Assembly (NCBI GenBank): GCA_951406725.2
Contig: OX597825.1
Coordinates: forward strand, 81,158,001 to 81,222,000
Origin: Octopus vulgaris
Taxonomy: Eukaryota
DNA length: 64,000 nucleotides
Reading direction: 5' to 3'
Part shown: positions 45,890 through 59,693 of the stretch, one piece after another
Layout of the letters: each line of letters begins with the position of its first letter
How positions within the stretch are numbered: position 1 is the stretch's first letter
Made by a program: the position numbers and the translations under genes
The notes under the pieces: model-generated
Told to the model about the DNA's origin: nothing
What the model saw: only the letters and a program-made list of their open reading frames with translations
Database searches by the model: none

Positions 45890-46460
45890 TGCTGTTACTT
45901 GGACTGGTGAGCGGGAGAGGGCTATGATCGAGAGTTCTTTTGCGCCCGACCATTGAAAACAGGCCCGATATGTGGTTCTAGAAGGATGGGGCAACTGCTC
46001 ATACTGCTACAGAGGCAATAGAGTTGCTGAGGCAATGTTCTGGAGAAAGAATCATCTCTTGCTACTGCGATGTCAACTGGCCATCGCTTTCCCCTGACTT
46101 GACCAGCCTAATTTTTTCTTGTGGGGGAACCTCAAGGAGAAGATTTATGTCAACAAACCAGAAACCCTACAGCAACTGAAGCAGAATATTATTAGGGAAA
46201 TCAGGGAACTGGATCCTGAAACCCTTACATCTGTAATGAAAAATATTTTGGAAAGGACACGGATTTATGAAGCTAAAAATGGACGCCATTTAAAATATGT
46301 CAATTTTCATATGGAGTGCAGAGGTATAATGAAAACGGTCTAAAACATATTCATCTCCGTTATCTCCTCTATATTGAATTAAAATTTCTTACACCTATTT
46401 GTAAAAATAAGGGAGTTATTAAAATTTAAATGCCCTCATTGACTTTTGGACCACCCTGTA
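45890..46460 (+). mobile_element. 3' half of a DD41D (rosa-type) Tc1/mariner transposon
   Basis: MWF*KDGATAH...NWPSLSPDLTSL[D]FFLWGNLKEKIYVNKP. There are 41 residues between the second D and the third-D position, which is lost to a 1-bp deletion. Right TIR ends GGACCACCCTG|TA. Confidence 0.85.
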
Positions 46461-46767
46461 CATCAAGGTTAAATTATTCGTGGGAATAGATTTGAAATTA
46501 AAATAAAGACTTGGTACTTAATAAAACTAGATACACCATGTGTATTAGAAGTTTGTGCTCTACTTTTAATGATTATCATTAGAAAAGAATGGTGTTCAGT
46601 TTCTAATGAGAATTCAGGATAACGTTCCGCTATGAAGAAATCACAAAGTAAAATAAACTTAACTGGAGCTTTTCTACACTCATGGAGGTTAGCCAGCATT
46701 ATTAACCAGTAAAAGTGAATACGGTACCATTTAGGATTTTATATCCCTACCAGCCTAATTTGGAAAT

Positions 46768-46808
<41 letters not shown>

Positions 46809-46829
46809 GATATATATATATATATATAT

Positions 46830-46918
<89 letters not shown>

Positions 46919-47181
46919 AAACGATGAATAGCTTTGCGTAAACCATGGTCCGTTTTGTTCTCTTACTTTATTATCATCTTATAATCATCTCATATTAATG
47001 ACTTTTATGACTCGTATTACTACCTCAGTCAATCTAGATCTATATATTTGTCGTTACATATCATAAATAGCCTTTTTCTATTTGCAATGTACATTTTCGT
47101 TGATTTTTCATATTTTACCCTTACATTTCCACGTGTATTTTATATTTTCTTTTCGTAACGTATTTCTACTGTATATATAGA

Positions 47182-47642
47182 GATGACCACTAAGTGGCCA
47201 TCCATTATGCTAGAAGTAGACCCCCATATGGTCTTACCACTAAGAAAGGATTGCTCTCAAAAAAATGCAGCAAACGCCAGAACGTAAACGAGCAAGACAA
47301 ATGAAAAGATACAACATATACAGATTAATCAGAAACCCGGTTTCGTTTTGAAAGATAACTCCAAATGTAATTGGTGGAACTGTATACATGTTCAATCTCA
47401 TGTGGACATCTCGTGTATAGTTCTTCAAATTATATTTTGCTATGACGATCACACTGATGAATTGCGGATATTTACGTAAGTGGTAACAACGAAATCGGGT
47501 TTGTGATTAATCTGTATATTTTGTATCTTTTCATTTCTCTTGCTCGCTTACGTTAAGGCGTTTGCTAAATTTTCTTGAGAACAATCCTTTTAATGATAGG
47601 GAGTCTACTTCTAGTATAATAGACGTCCCCTTAGTGGTCATC
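47182..47642 (+). mobile_element. Old fold-back element with ~160-bp inverted arms and a hammerhead
   Basis: Diverged arms 47182-47347 / 47488-47642, with TA-rich flanks. Confidence 0.8.
47448..47507 (+). ncRNA. Type I hammerhead ribozyme, partly decayed
   Basis: ATCACA-CTGATGA(47454-47460)-ATTG..CAAC-GAAA(47491-47494)-TCGGG-TT-TGTGAT, with a 6-bp stem I. Confidence 0.7.
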
Positions 47643-47760
47643 CCTCTTATATGTATGTAATATAATTTTTCTGAATCTTCAGACTTTTCAAAATGCTAGA
47701 CCACTGGTTTTAAATTGATGTTAATCAAATAAATATTCAATTTTTCACCCTTAATATTTT

Positions 47761-47824
<64 letters not shown>

Positions 47825-47825
47825 G

Positions 47826-48053
47826 AAAGCGACGAGCTGGCAGAAACGTTAGCACGCCGGGCGAGATGCGTAGCCGTATTTCTTCTGTCGTTACGTTCTG
47901 AGTTCAAATTCCGCCGAGGTCGACTTTGCCTTTCATCCTTTCGGGGTCGATAAATTAAGTACCAGGTACGCACTGGGGTCTATGGAATCGACTTAATCCC
48001 TTTGTCTGTCCTTGTTTGTCCCCTCTGTGTTTAGCCCCTTGTGGGTAGTAAAG

Positions 48054-48058
<5 letters not shown>
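47826..48058 (+). mobile_element. SINE A monomer inside (TA)n
   Basis: Full head-to-tail match to the family. Confidence 0.9.
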
Positions 48059-48099
<41 letters not shown>

Positions 48100-48119
48100 G
48101 CACACGTATCGTTATCTGC

Positions 48120-48372
48120 AGTCATTCTTCGCGACTGTCACTGTTCATGCCTTCGGCATGATATGATAGACTTTTTTCCATTCTGGGGGTGGTGGTCGGA
48201 GGTTCATTCGAGTTTGCCATTTATTATGATCCATTCCTTTCCACTTTATATTTGTTTTTGCGCTTTCTTTGAATCTCAGTCGAGGGCTTCCATGTTACCT
48301 TTTTTTTGCTATTGCCATAGATGGAAGATGCAGATTTGTCTGGGAACTATGTTTTGTCCATATGAATAATTG
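48120..48372 (-). mobile_element. Highly decayed CR1/L2-like LINE fragment
   Basis: Frameshifted ASSIY..KKGNMEALD..IQRK..KGMDHNKWQTRMNL resembles the CR1 YASSIW...LE.VQRRATK...GMSYEERL..LNL motif. Confidence 0.4.
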
Positions 48373-48439
48373 AGTGTGTGTATGTGTGTGTGCGTGCATA
48401 GAATACGGTCTACTTCATAGCGAGTAGAATCTATCTATC

Positions 48440-48845
48440 TGTTTCAGTTATTTTTACCGTAGCCATGCTGGACCACCGCCTTTTAGTCGAAGAAATCGAC
48501 CCCTACACTTATTTTTTGTAAGCCTGGTACGTGTTCTATCGGTACCTTAGGACTAACCGCTAAGTTAAGGGGACGTAAACACACCGAGATCGGTTGTCAA
48601 GCGATGGTGAAGGGACAAACACAGACACAAACACACAAGTATATATATGTGTGTGTGTGCATGTGTGTTTGTCTGTGTGTGTATACGACGGGCTTCTTTC
48701 AGTTTCCGTCTACCAAATCCACTCACAAGGCTTTGGTCAACTCGGGGCTATAATAAAAGACACTTGCTCTAGGTACCACGCAGAGAGACTGAACCAGGAA
48801 CCATGTGTTTGGGAAGCAAGCTACTTACCAAACAGCCACGCCCAC
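48440..48845 (-). mobile_element. SINE B, full length
   Basis: Reverse match to 39018-39480. Confidence 0.85.
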
Positions 48846-48848
48846 ACC

Positions 48849-48885
<37 letters not shown>

Positions 48886-48902
48886 ATGTGTGTGTGTGTG
48901 TG

Positions 48903-48942
<40 letters not shown>

Positions 48943-49305
48943 CATACATGCATATATATATGTATATATACATATACATGTATACATATAAAATGCATAT
49001 GCAGCACTGCCGTTATATTTTACTAATGTAAATAAGCGGAAGTTGTATACGCAGAGTAGATTGTCATTCTCCACTTCCGGTGAATGTAAATGATGTTGAT
49101 GAGACATCGTTTAATATGTTTGATCAGGGAGGTGTAAATGGTGGATTTGTATATTCAGTGCGTGGGAAAAATCTATATTTATTCTTGAAATATTTAAATA
49201 TATGCAGATTCGAATTAACTAAACACACGTGTACGGTGACGCACAATCGCATACATACATTTACATACTTTAAAGCGTAAGTGTATTTGAGCGTGTATAG
49301 ACGTA

Positions 49306-49384
<79 letters not shown>

Positions 49385-49469
49385 GGCAGTGTGTGTGTGT
49401 ACGTGTGTGTGTATCTGTGTGTGTATATGTGTGTTTGGATGTATATATATATAAATATAGATATATATT

Positions 49470-49852
49470 CTTTTATTCTTTTATTCTTTCACTTCAGTCA
49501 ATTGACTGCGGCCATGCTGGAGCACCGCCTTTAGTCGAGCAAACCGACTCCAGGATTTATTCTTTGTAAGCCTAGTACTTATTCAATCGGTCGCTTTTGC
49601 CGAACCGCTAAGGTAAGGGGATCGAAACACACCAGCATCGGTTGTCAAGCGATAGTGGGGGGGGGGGGGGGCAACACGGACACACACACACACACACGCA
49701 CACACGCACACATATACATACAATGGGCTTCTTTCAGTTTCCATCTACCAAATCCACTCACAAGGCATTGGTCGTAGAAGACACATGCCCAAGGTGCTCC
49801 ACAGTAGGACTGAACCCGGTTGGCTAGCAAGCTACTTACCACACAACCACTG
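49470..49852 (-). mobile_element. SINE B, near full length
   Basis: Reverse match with small deletions. Tail-only fragments also at 49928-50005 (-) and 50268-50350 (+). Confidence 0.85.
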
Positions 49853-49930
<78 letters not shown>

Positions 49931-50111
49931 GTTTATCCTTTTACTTGTTTCAGTTATTTGACTGTGGCCAGGCTGGAGCACCGCCTTTAGTCATACAAAT
50001 CGACTACATATATATATTCATGCATGTATATATACATACATATATATATATATATATGTATGTGTATATATATATATATGTATATATATATATAAATATA
50101 TATATATATGC

Positions 50112-50270
<159 letters not shown>

Positions 50271-50458
50271 TAAGTCCTGGGGTCGATTTGCTCGATCAAC
50301 TAAAAGCGGTGCTCCAGCATGGCCACAGTCAAGTGACTAAAACAAATAATAGAGTATATATACAGATAGATATATAAGTGTATATATCTTAGTGTGTATA
50401 TATATATATGTATATATGTATGTGTGTGTGTGTGGATATATATATATATATGTATGTA

Positions 50459-50495
<37 letters not shown>

Positions 50496-50654
50496 TGAAT
50501 CCTCTTTTTCGTTTTGGGGTTTCAACTGGCCTTTTTAGTATGTAAGGAGTCTTGTCAGTGTCTCCTCCTTGTGCATAAAAATATATTATCTTTTTAAATA
50601 CACACATACACACACACACATAAATATACATATATATATATGCATGTATTAAAA

Positions 50655-50716
<62 letters not shown>

Positions 50717-50748
50717 CATATATACATTTATATATATGTATATGTATA

Positions 50749-50796
<48 letters not shown>

Positions 50797-50797
<1 letters not shown>

Positions 50798-51035
50798 TTT
50801 ATTTAAAGCAGCAGAAAATTCAACAAAATCTGTTACTCTGAGTTTCTCGTTGCCGTTCATCGAATCGATATATCGGTTCCATTCTAGCAAAAACTGTCTG
50901 ATGAACGGCAACGAGAAACTCAGAGTAACAGATTTTGTTGAATTTTCTGCTGCTTTGAATAAAGCATATTACTCTACCACTGGTATTTGAGTACTCTTTT
51001 TTCCGCCTTGTTTCACATTTATGTGTTTACTCCGG
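50797..51035 (+). mobile_element. (TA)n-embedded fold-back element with hammerhead
   Basis: 65-bp arms 50797-50861 / 50900-50964 with one mismatch. AATAAA at 50958-50963. The tail ends CCGG|(TA)n. Confidence 0.85.
50894..50931 (+). ncRNA. Minimal type I hammerhead ribozyme
   Basis: CTGT-CTGATGA(50898-50904)-aCG GCAA CGa-GAAA(50915-50918)-CTC A GAG-TA-ACAG. Confidence 0.78.
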
Positions 51036-51291
51036 TATATATATATATGTGCGTATGTACCTATTAGGTTTTAATTAATGCTTTTTAATTACACCTAAAG
51101 ATACATACATACATGTACCTGTATACACACACACACTAGTACACTCGCACATATATAGTTACATCCACCCATGCATTTACCACATGTAGCCACCTCTCAC
51201 CATGCACATCCCTCTAACTTCCTCCTTCACGCTCTCGGCACTCCTACATATATCCCACATTCAAATACTCACCGATTATACATACAAGCAA

Positions 51292-51330
<39 letters not shown>

Positions 51331-51783
51331 CATTTATATATATATATAAATAACCATATGTATATATATATATATATATAAATGTATGCATATATATGTA
51401 TATATATAAATACATATATATATGTGTATATATGTATTTATATTCATATGCACGCATGCATACATACATACATATATAGATACAGGCATGCATGCTTACA
51501 TACATGCATATATATATGTATATATAAATGTATGTATTGATATATATATATATGTATATATATATAAATGTATGTATATATATATATATATGTGCGTGTG
51601 TGTGCGTGTGTGTGTGTTTGTATATGCATTTATATCTATATTTATATGCATGTATACATACATATATACATACATACACACATACATACATTTATACATG
51701 CATACACAGAGAATAATGCCTGAAAATCTGAAAAGAATGCGGCCATGAAAAACGTGGCGAGATACAGATAGGAAGAGAGATAG

Positions 51784-51820
<37 letters not shown>

Positions 51821-52139
51821 AGGGAGGGAGACGAAGAAGAGATTAAGGAACAAAGAGTGAAAGAAAGACAGAAAGGCAGAAAAATGGAAAGAGAGAAAGT
51901 GGTGGTGGTGGGTGGGGGGGTGGGGGTGGAATTCGTGGGGCGTGGTGTGAGGGTGAATGTGAATTTGAACACAGTTCAGTGCATTTGCTGGATGGTTTTT
52001 CAAATGAATTCAATGCAGATTAGCGGCGAGTCGCTCCGTACTCCTGGTAGCATTCGCTTGACAAATATTTTATGATGTCTTAATTAAAAGGTGGCTTGTT
52101 ACAAACTGAATCCCTAATGATTGATTAATAAATGGTCAC

Positions 52140-52168
52140 GACGACCACGACGATGATGATGGTGATGG

Positions 52169-52200
<32 letters not shown>

Positions 52201-52273
52201 GTGATGATGGTGATGATGGTGATGGTGATGATGATGATGATGATGATGGTGATGATGGTGATGATGATGGTGG

Positions 52274-52322
<49 letters not shown>

Positions 52323-52363
52323 GATGATGATGATGATGGTGATGATGGTGATGATGGTGATGG

Positions 52364-52425
<62 letters not shown>

Positions 52426-52435
52426 GTGATGATGG

Positions 52436-52482
<47 letters not shown>

Positions 52483-52504
52483 GTGATGATGGTGATGGTG
52501 ATGA

Positions 52505-52538
<34 letters not shown>

Positions 52539-52766
52539 GGCGGTGGTTATGACTCTCGATATGAGAGTGTAATATGACCAAAATGATAATTATAACTACA
52601 GCAGGAACTGTACGGAAGACAAAGATGGCGACGACTGCGACGACGACGACGACGATGACGACAACGCTACTACTGCTGCTGCTGCTGCTGTTGCTGATGA
52701 TGATGATGATGATGATGACGGTGACGATGATGATGATGATGGTGGTGGTGGTGGTGGCGATGGTGG

Positions 52767-52797
<31 letters not shown>

Positions 52798-52873
52798 GAA
52801 AGAGGAGGAGGAGGAGACAAGGAGGAACATTATGACGATCAGGATCATTGCAGCGGTGATGATTATGATTCCG

Positions 52874-52952
<79 letters not shown>

Positions 52953-52996
52953 AACTACTGCTGTTGTTGTTGCTGCTGCTGCTGCTGCTACTACTG

Positions 52997-53062
<66 letters not shown>

Positions 53063-53160
53063 TCTGTGGCGTAAAAACATTTTTGCAAGGCAATACTAGC
53101 AATATTGATGATGATAATAATGATGATGACGACGATGATGATGATGATGATAAAGATGGC

Positions 53161-53194
<34 letters not shown>

Positions 53195-53462
53195 GTGTCA
53201 ATGATAATAATGGCATTAAACTTGATGCCATTGATATTGAGGGTGATGATGACGATGATGATGACGATGACGATAATTATAGTAATAACAGTGATAATGC
53301 ATGAGTGTGAAGAGATGTGGGTGGGTGGGAGGAAGGTTCGAATTGTCTTTTGGAAATCCATATGAGAAGGAGGCGAGTAAAATGGCAAACGGGAATATAG
53401 CACCAAGAACAACAACAACAACAACAACGATACAACTGCTGCTGTTACTGATACTCATAATT

Positions 53463-53497
<35 letters not shown>

Positions 53498-53546
53498 AAT
53501 AATAATTATAGTAATAATGATAATAATAATAATAATAATAATAATG

Positions 53547-53591
<45 letters not shown>

Positions 53592-53600
53592 TTAATAGTA
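52140..53600. repeat. Compound (GAT/GGT), (CTA), (GAT), (AAT) arrays
   Basis: Direct reading. Confidence 0.95.
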
Positions 53601-53682
53601 GTTGTCTCTTGAGATCTCTGGGTGAGACTTGGAGCCAACTTGTACAAATGTAAAGCAAAATAAACATAATAAAAAGTCAAAC

Positions 53683-53684
<2 letters not shown>
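53601..53684 (+). mobile_element. 3'-end fragment with (TAA)n tail, R4/Dong-like
   Basis: GAGATCTCTGGGTGAGACTTGGAGCCAACTTGTAC..AGTCAAACA(TAA)n, with a second copy at 54070-54167. Confidence 0.55.
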
Positions 53685-53731
<47 letters not shown>

Positions 53732-53892
53732 TAATAATAATAATAATAATAATAATGATATAAAATTTTTACCGAAAGTGCAGCTTGGGGGAGGTGATTA
53801 AGTCGATTATATCGACCCCAATGTGTAGCTGGTACTTATTTAATCGACCCCGAAAGGATGAATGGCAAAGTTGACCTTTTAATAACAACAAA

Positions 53893-53974
<82 letters not shown>

Positions 53975-54069
53975 CCCAAGGTTTAAAACAAACTTTTTTT
54001 TTATTCATTTATTATTTTTTTTTTATGTATTAGACATTCACTAGTACAACACCAAAAAAAAAAAAAAAC

Positions 54070-54167
54070 CCAAATATATGGCACAGAACTTCTAACCTGT
54101 TGTCTCTTGAGGTCTCTGGGTGAGACTTGGAGCCAACTTGTACAGACATAAAGCAAAAGTCAAACAT
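54070..54167 (+). mobile_element. Second R4/Dong-like 3'-end fragment
   Basis: Near-identical to 53601-53684 and followed by (AAT)n. Confidence 0.55.
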
Positions 54168-54168
54168 A

Positions 54169-54232
<64 letters not shown>

Positions 54233-54235
54233 AAT

Positions 54236-54300
<65 letters not shown>

Positions 54301-54856
54301 CGCAAGGCCTGAAATTTGGGATGTGGGGAGAGGGGCCAGTCAGTGAGTTCAATCCCAGTATACAACTAGAACTTAATTTATCGATCCCGAAAGGCTGAAA
54401 GGCAAAAATCGACTTCGGTGGAATTTGAACTCAGAACATGGAGAGTTGGAAGAAAAACGACAAGGCACTTTGTCCAGTGCTGTAAAGGATTCTGTTAATC
54501 CACGTAAAGAAGATTTGTGTTGTTTATTTATTGACCGGAGAACATACAAGCAAAGCATTAGCAACAACAAAAGGGTGGTGAAGATGGTGATGATGGCGAC
54601 GACGGCAATTGTGGTGGTGGTGGTGGTGATGATGATGATGATGATGATGATGGTAATGGCGACGCCGGCGATAGTGGTGGTGGTGATGATGGTGATGATG
54701 ATGACGGTGATGGTGAGGATGATGATGATGATAATGATGATGATGATGAGGATGATGAGGATGATGATGATGGGGATGATGATGATGATGGTGATGATGA
54801 TGGGAATGAGGATGATGGTGAGATGGTGATGACGCCGACAATGGTGGTGGTGGTGG

Positions 54857-54889
<33 letters not shown>

Positions 54890-55351
54890 GATGATGACGA
54901 CGCCAACGATAGTGGTGGTGGTGGTGGTGGTGATGATGATGATGATGATGGCGGTGGTGATCGTAGTGGTAGAAAAGAAGAACAACGAGAAGAAAGCGGT
55001 TGGGCTTTAGTTTCTTTCTTATTTATTTGTTTAATTAATTAATGGATTTAAACCTCCGTATGAAGTCGGTTCGACACGGTTGAGTAAGAACGAAACAAAA
55101 CCCAAAAATATACTAAAAAGAAAAGTAAAAGCCGCAAAGAAATTGAACTGAGAAAGTATATATGTCCGTCTGTTTCTTTTTCTAAATCTTCTCAACCTCC
55201 GGGAATTGGAAGATCTTCTTTAGGGTTGGTGAATTCTTGAATATAAACTGCAACCCTAGCATTGGTAGCTTTTTAAGGACCATTGTTAAACCGTCCTCTC
55301 TTTCACCTTTCCCCGCCTTTCTCTCTCTCTCTCTCTCTCTGTGTCTGTCTG

Positions 55352-55387
<36 letters not shown>

Positions 55388-55499
55388 CGCCTCTGAGAAT
55401 GGTAATTTTTACATCGGAATCATTGTGTTGGTGAGTAATGCTTTGTCCAAGAGTCATGTGATCTATTTGCATTAATGCAGTATGTTTTTTTTATTTTTT

Positions 55500-56000
55500 G
55501 TTCTTTGACTTGTTTCTGTCATTTGAAGGCGGCCATACTGGAGCCTTTAGTTGAACGAGTCGACCCCAGGACTAATTCTTTGTAAACCTACTACTAATTT
55601 TATTGGTCTTTTTTGCTGAACCGCTAATGTGACAGAGACGTAGACACACCGGCATCAGTTGTTAAGCGATAGTGAGGGGACAAACACACACACACACACA
55701 CACAAACATGCACGACGGGCTTCTTTCAATTTCCGTCTGCCATATCCACTCACGAGGTTTTGGTCAGCCCAAGACTATAGCAGAAGAGACTTGCCTAAGG
55801 TGCCCCGTAGTGGGACTGCATCGGAAACCACGTGGCTGGGAAGCAAGTTTCTTACCACACAGCCACGCATGCGCCTACCGATTCTACTCACAAGGCTTTG
55901 GTCGGCCCTAGGCTATAGCGGAAGACACTTGCCCAAGGTGCCACGCAGTGGGACTGAACCCGGAACCATGTGGTTGGGAAGAAACCTTCTTACAACACAA
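55500..56000 (-). mobile_element. SINE B with duplicated head
   Basis: Two tandem head/CORE segments at about 55745-55875 and 55885-56000. Confidence 0.8.
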
Positions 56001-56114
56001 CTGAAGAACAGCGGCCCGATGTAAGTTTAAGAATCATAGTAGTTTGCAAAGTGGCGAGGCCAAAATATTTTCTGGTCAAGAAGCTTGACCAATGAAGGAC
56101 TTGACCTCGATATC

Positions 56115-56770
56115 TTTTATTCTTTTACTTGTTTCAGTCATTTGACTGCAGCCATGCTGGAGCACCGCCTTGGAGAGATTTTTAGTCGACACAATGACTT
56201 ATTTTTTAAGTCTAATATTTATTATTTTGCTGATCGCTTAGTAACAGGAACATAAACACACTAACACCGGTTGTCAAACGGTGGTGGGGGACGAAAACAA
56301 ACACACACACACATACAGATACATATACATCACACACACAGACAGATGCACACATACAGATACACACGGACAGATACATACACACACATGCACACAGTTA
56401 CACGCGCACAGATACACACACACAGATGCACACACACATACATATATACACACGCACAGATACACACACATATACACAGATACACACACACGGAGATGCA
56501 CACAGACACACACATACACGTGCACAGATACACACACATAAACACAGACACCACATACACAGTTTTATACACACAAATACACACACACAGATACACACAT
56601 ACATACACATGCATATGATTGGATTCCACACAGTTTCCATTTACCAGATTTACTCACAAAAAGTTGGTCAGCCCAGGATTACAGAGAACACTGACCCAAA
56701 ACGCCGCACAGCGGGATCGAATCCGAAACCAGTTGGTTCCAAGACCAAGACTCCTAACCACGGTGCCATG
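56115..56770 (-). mobile_element. SINE B with a ~300-bp expanded internal (CA)/(CAGATA) repeat
   Basis: Tail 56115-56300, repeat 56300-56612, diverged head 56620-56770. Confidence 0.75.
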
Positions 56771-57059
56771 TTCGCTTAAATTAACATAACCGACCATAAA
56801 TCTGTCAAGCTAAACATAATGATGCAGTTAATAAGAAACATTAAGTTAACGACATAAAATATTTAACTAATTGCTTAATCATGCTGCGTTAATTAAGCTA
56901 GGATTAATGAAGCAATGAGAAGGACTCCTGGTCCCTGTTATTATTCTAAAACTGTAATTACAGCTGCTGCCGTCTGTGATTTACTTACACCAGCTGCGAG
57001 AAGAAGGGATTCTGGTTTTTTTTACGGAATACACAGGTTCAGTCTCATCTATCGCCATG

Positions 57060-57280
57060 GCCACCACTACTACTACCACCACCACCACAACCACCACGCC
57101 TTCACCACCACCACCACCACCATCGTCACTGCCCTCCAACAACCACCATCCACCACCACCACCACCAGTATAGTCATCCTCGTCGTTGTTGTTGTCGCCA
57201 CAATCCGTCTCCTTTCGTCGTCGTCGTCGTCACCGTCGTTATTATCATCATCATCATCATCATCGTCATCATCATCTTCG

Positions 57281-57324
<44 letters not shown>

Positions 57325-57512
57325 GTCATCATCATCGCCACCACCACACATCCACCACCACCATCACCACCATTATCGTCGTCGTCGTCATCGTCATCAT
57401 CAACATCATCATCGTCACTATCACGACAGCCACCACCACAACAACCACCATTGCCAGCACCACCACCACCATTGCCATCATCATCATCTTCATCATCACC
57501 ACCACCACCACC

Positions 57513-57560
<48 letters not shown>

Positions 57561-57565
57561 GTCAC

Positions 57566-57614
<49 letters not shown>

Positions 57615-57645
57615 GTCATCATCATCATCGTCACCGCCGCCGTCA
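57060..57645. repeat. Compound (CAC)/(CAT)/(CGT) array
   Basis: Direct reading. Confidence 0.95.
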
Positions 57646-57956
57646 TGGTTGTAATAACCTCAACAGTTGACCGAGATGTCTCCTAAGAATCGCCAGTCAA
57701 GCAGTAAGACGTGACTGAGTCTCTACAATAAACTGGATTGTGAGTTGTCAAATCCTTAATTATTGATGCATCCTGTGTCCGTTGGTGGCGGCTAATTAGT
57801 ACAATTCTCTTAGGAAATTGCAGCCTGTTGCACTAAAGAAGGGGTCGCCACACCGAGATTTATTTTGGGTCACGTCTCTGCAAATTCTCCTTATTTGCAT
57901 GTTAAACCCAACACAGATTCAGAAGGTTTGAGTTTCATCTTAAAGTGCAGAATACC

Positions 57957-58172
57957 TATTTCTTTACTGCCCACAAGGGGCTAAACACAGAGAGGACAAA
58001 CGGATTAAGTCGATTATATTAACCCAAGTGGGTAACTGGTACTTATTTAATCGACCCCGAAAGGATGAAAGGCAAAGTCGACCTCGGCGGAATTCGAACT
58101 CAGAACGTAGCGACAGACGGAATACTGCTAAGCATTTCGCCCGGCGTGCTAACGTTTCTGCCAGCTCGCCGC
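57957..58172 (-). mobile_element. SINE A monomer with 18-bp TSD
   Basis: TSD CTTAAAGTGCAGAATACC at 57939-57956 and 58173-58190. Confidence 0.92.
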
Positions 58173-58558
58173 CTTAAAGTGCAGAATACCACTTCGGTAA
58201 ATGTATTTCCTATGCACTGTTAAGAGACACAAATAAGATTTAATCTGTATTTCAGGCTTTCTCTGATAATTCTTATTAACGGGACCCTTAAATGTTGCTT
58301 CTCTCTCTTCGTCTGCCACATCTACAGACGCCGGTAATCAAAGACTTTCATGCGAAAGTCTAAAGATTCAGGGTGTAATTTTTCTTAGGAATTGGTTTCT
58401 CGTCTTGTGGCAATTTATTTACTGTTTACTCTGCTAGTCTCTTACCCTCTCGAACTTACCCTAGATGTATGAGGGGGGGGGGTCTGTCACTTTGCATAAG
58501 GTGTCTTAAGACGCACTGAAACTGAACCCACACGAAATATATGTCTCTATTCCTGAGA

Positions 58559-58825
58559 TCACGTGAGCGACCAGTACATCGAGTGTTGTTATACGTCGCT
58601 AGTCACAATGCACTTTGCATCGAATGATGATGTCACCCGGCCGGTGACGTAAGCAAGCCAACATATTACCTTCAATTCCATCGCAGGGTTAACTATTTAC
58701 AGTTGAACGGACTGGAGCAACGTGAAACGAAGTATTTCGATCAAGAATACAACGCACCGCTTGAACAGGAAATCGAACCCACGATCTCTAAATTGTCAGC
58801 GTAACACCCTAACCATTATGCCAAT
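58559..58825 (-). mobile_element. CORE-like SINE (family C) with a TCACGTGA-ending tail
   Basis: rc head with GGTTCGATTTCC and TTCACGTTGCTCCAGTCC. The tail matches the isolated fragment at 39618-39692. Confidence 0.7.
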
Positions 58826-59259
58826 AGGTCTCTATTATATTTATATGGTTACAGCAATGATTTTTTCTTTGTGACAGCATAATTATACGATATCCACACA
58901 TAGTCTTTTTTCAGTTTTATTTTTATTGTGGATATGTTGATATATTTGATGCAAACATTTTGCACTAAAACGATGTGTTTTGGAATTATACAACAATTAG
59001 GGCGTTGTTGCATTAATGCCGTGTATATTATTATGTTGGGAACCACATATACACACATACACACCACACACACACGTACACATACATAAATACATACGCA
59101 TAAACATAAATATTTAATAACAACGCAATTTTTCTAAAGATATACAAACACATATACATACAGATACACATAATTATATATACTGAGAGAAAGAGGTAAT
59201 TGTATATACAGATTATGTGTATGTATGTGTGTATGTATGCACGTATGCATGTGTATACG

Positions 59260-59307
<48 letters not shown>

Positions 59308-59384
59308 TTTAAATATATATATATATATATGTATATATACACTTATATATGTATATATTGCATATCTGACTATCGATCCATTAC

Positions 59385-59429
<45 letters not shown>

Positions 59430-59439
59430 TATATATTTA

Positions 59440-59479
<40 letters not shown>

Positions 59480-59493
59480 ATTATATATATTTA

Positions 59494-59529
<36 letters not shown>

Positions 59530-59659
59530 CAAGCACACGCATACATCTCTGGATATGATTCTTTATGTATGTATGCATGTATGTACGTATGTATGTATGT
59601 ATGTATGTATGTATGTATGTATGTATGTATGTATGTATGTATGTATGTATGTATGTATG

Positions 59660-59693
<34 letters not shown>

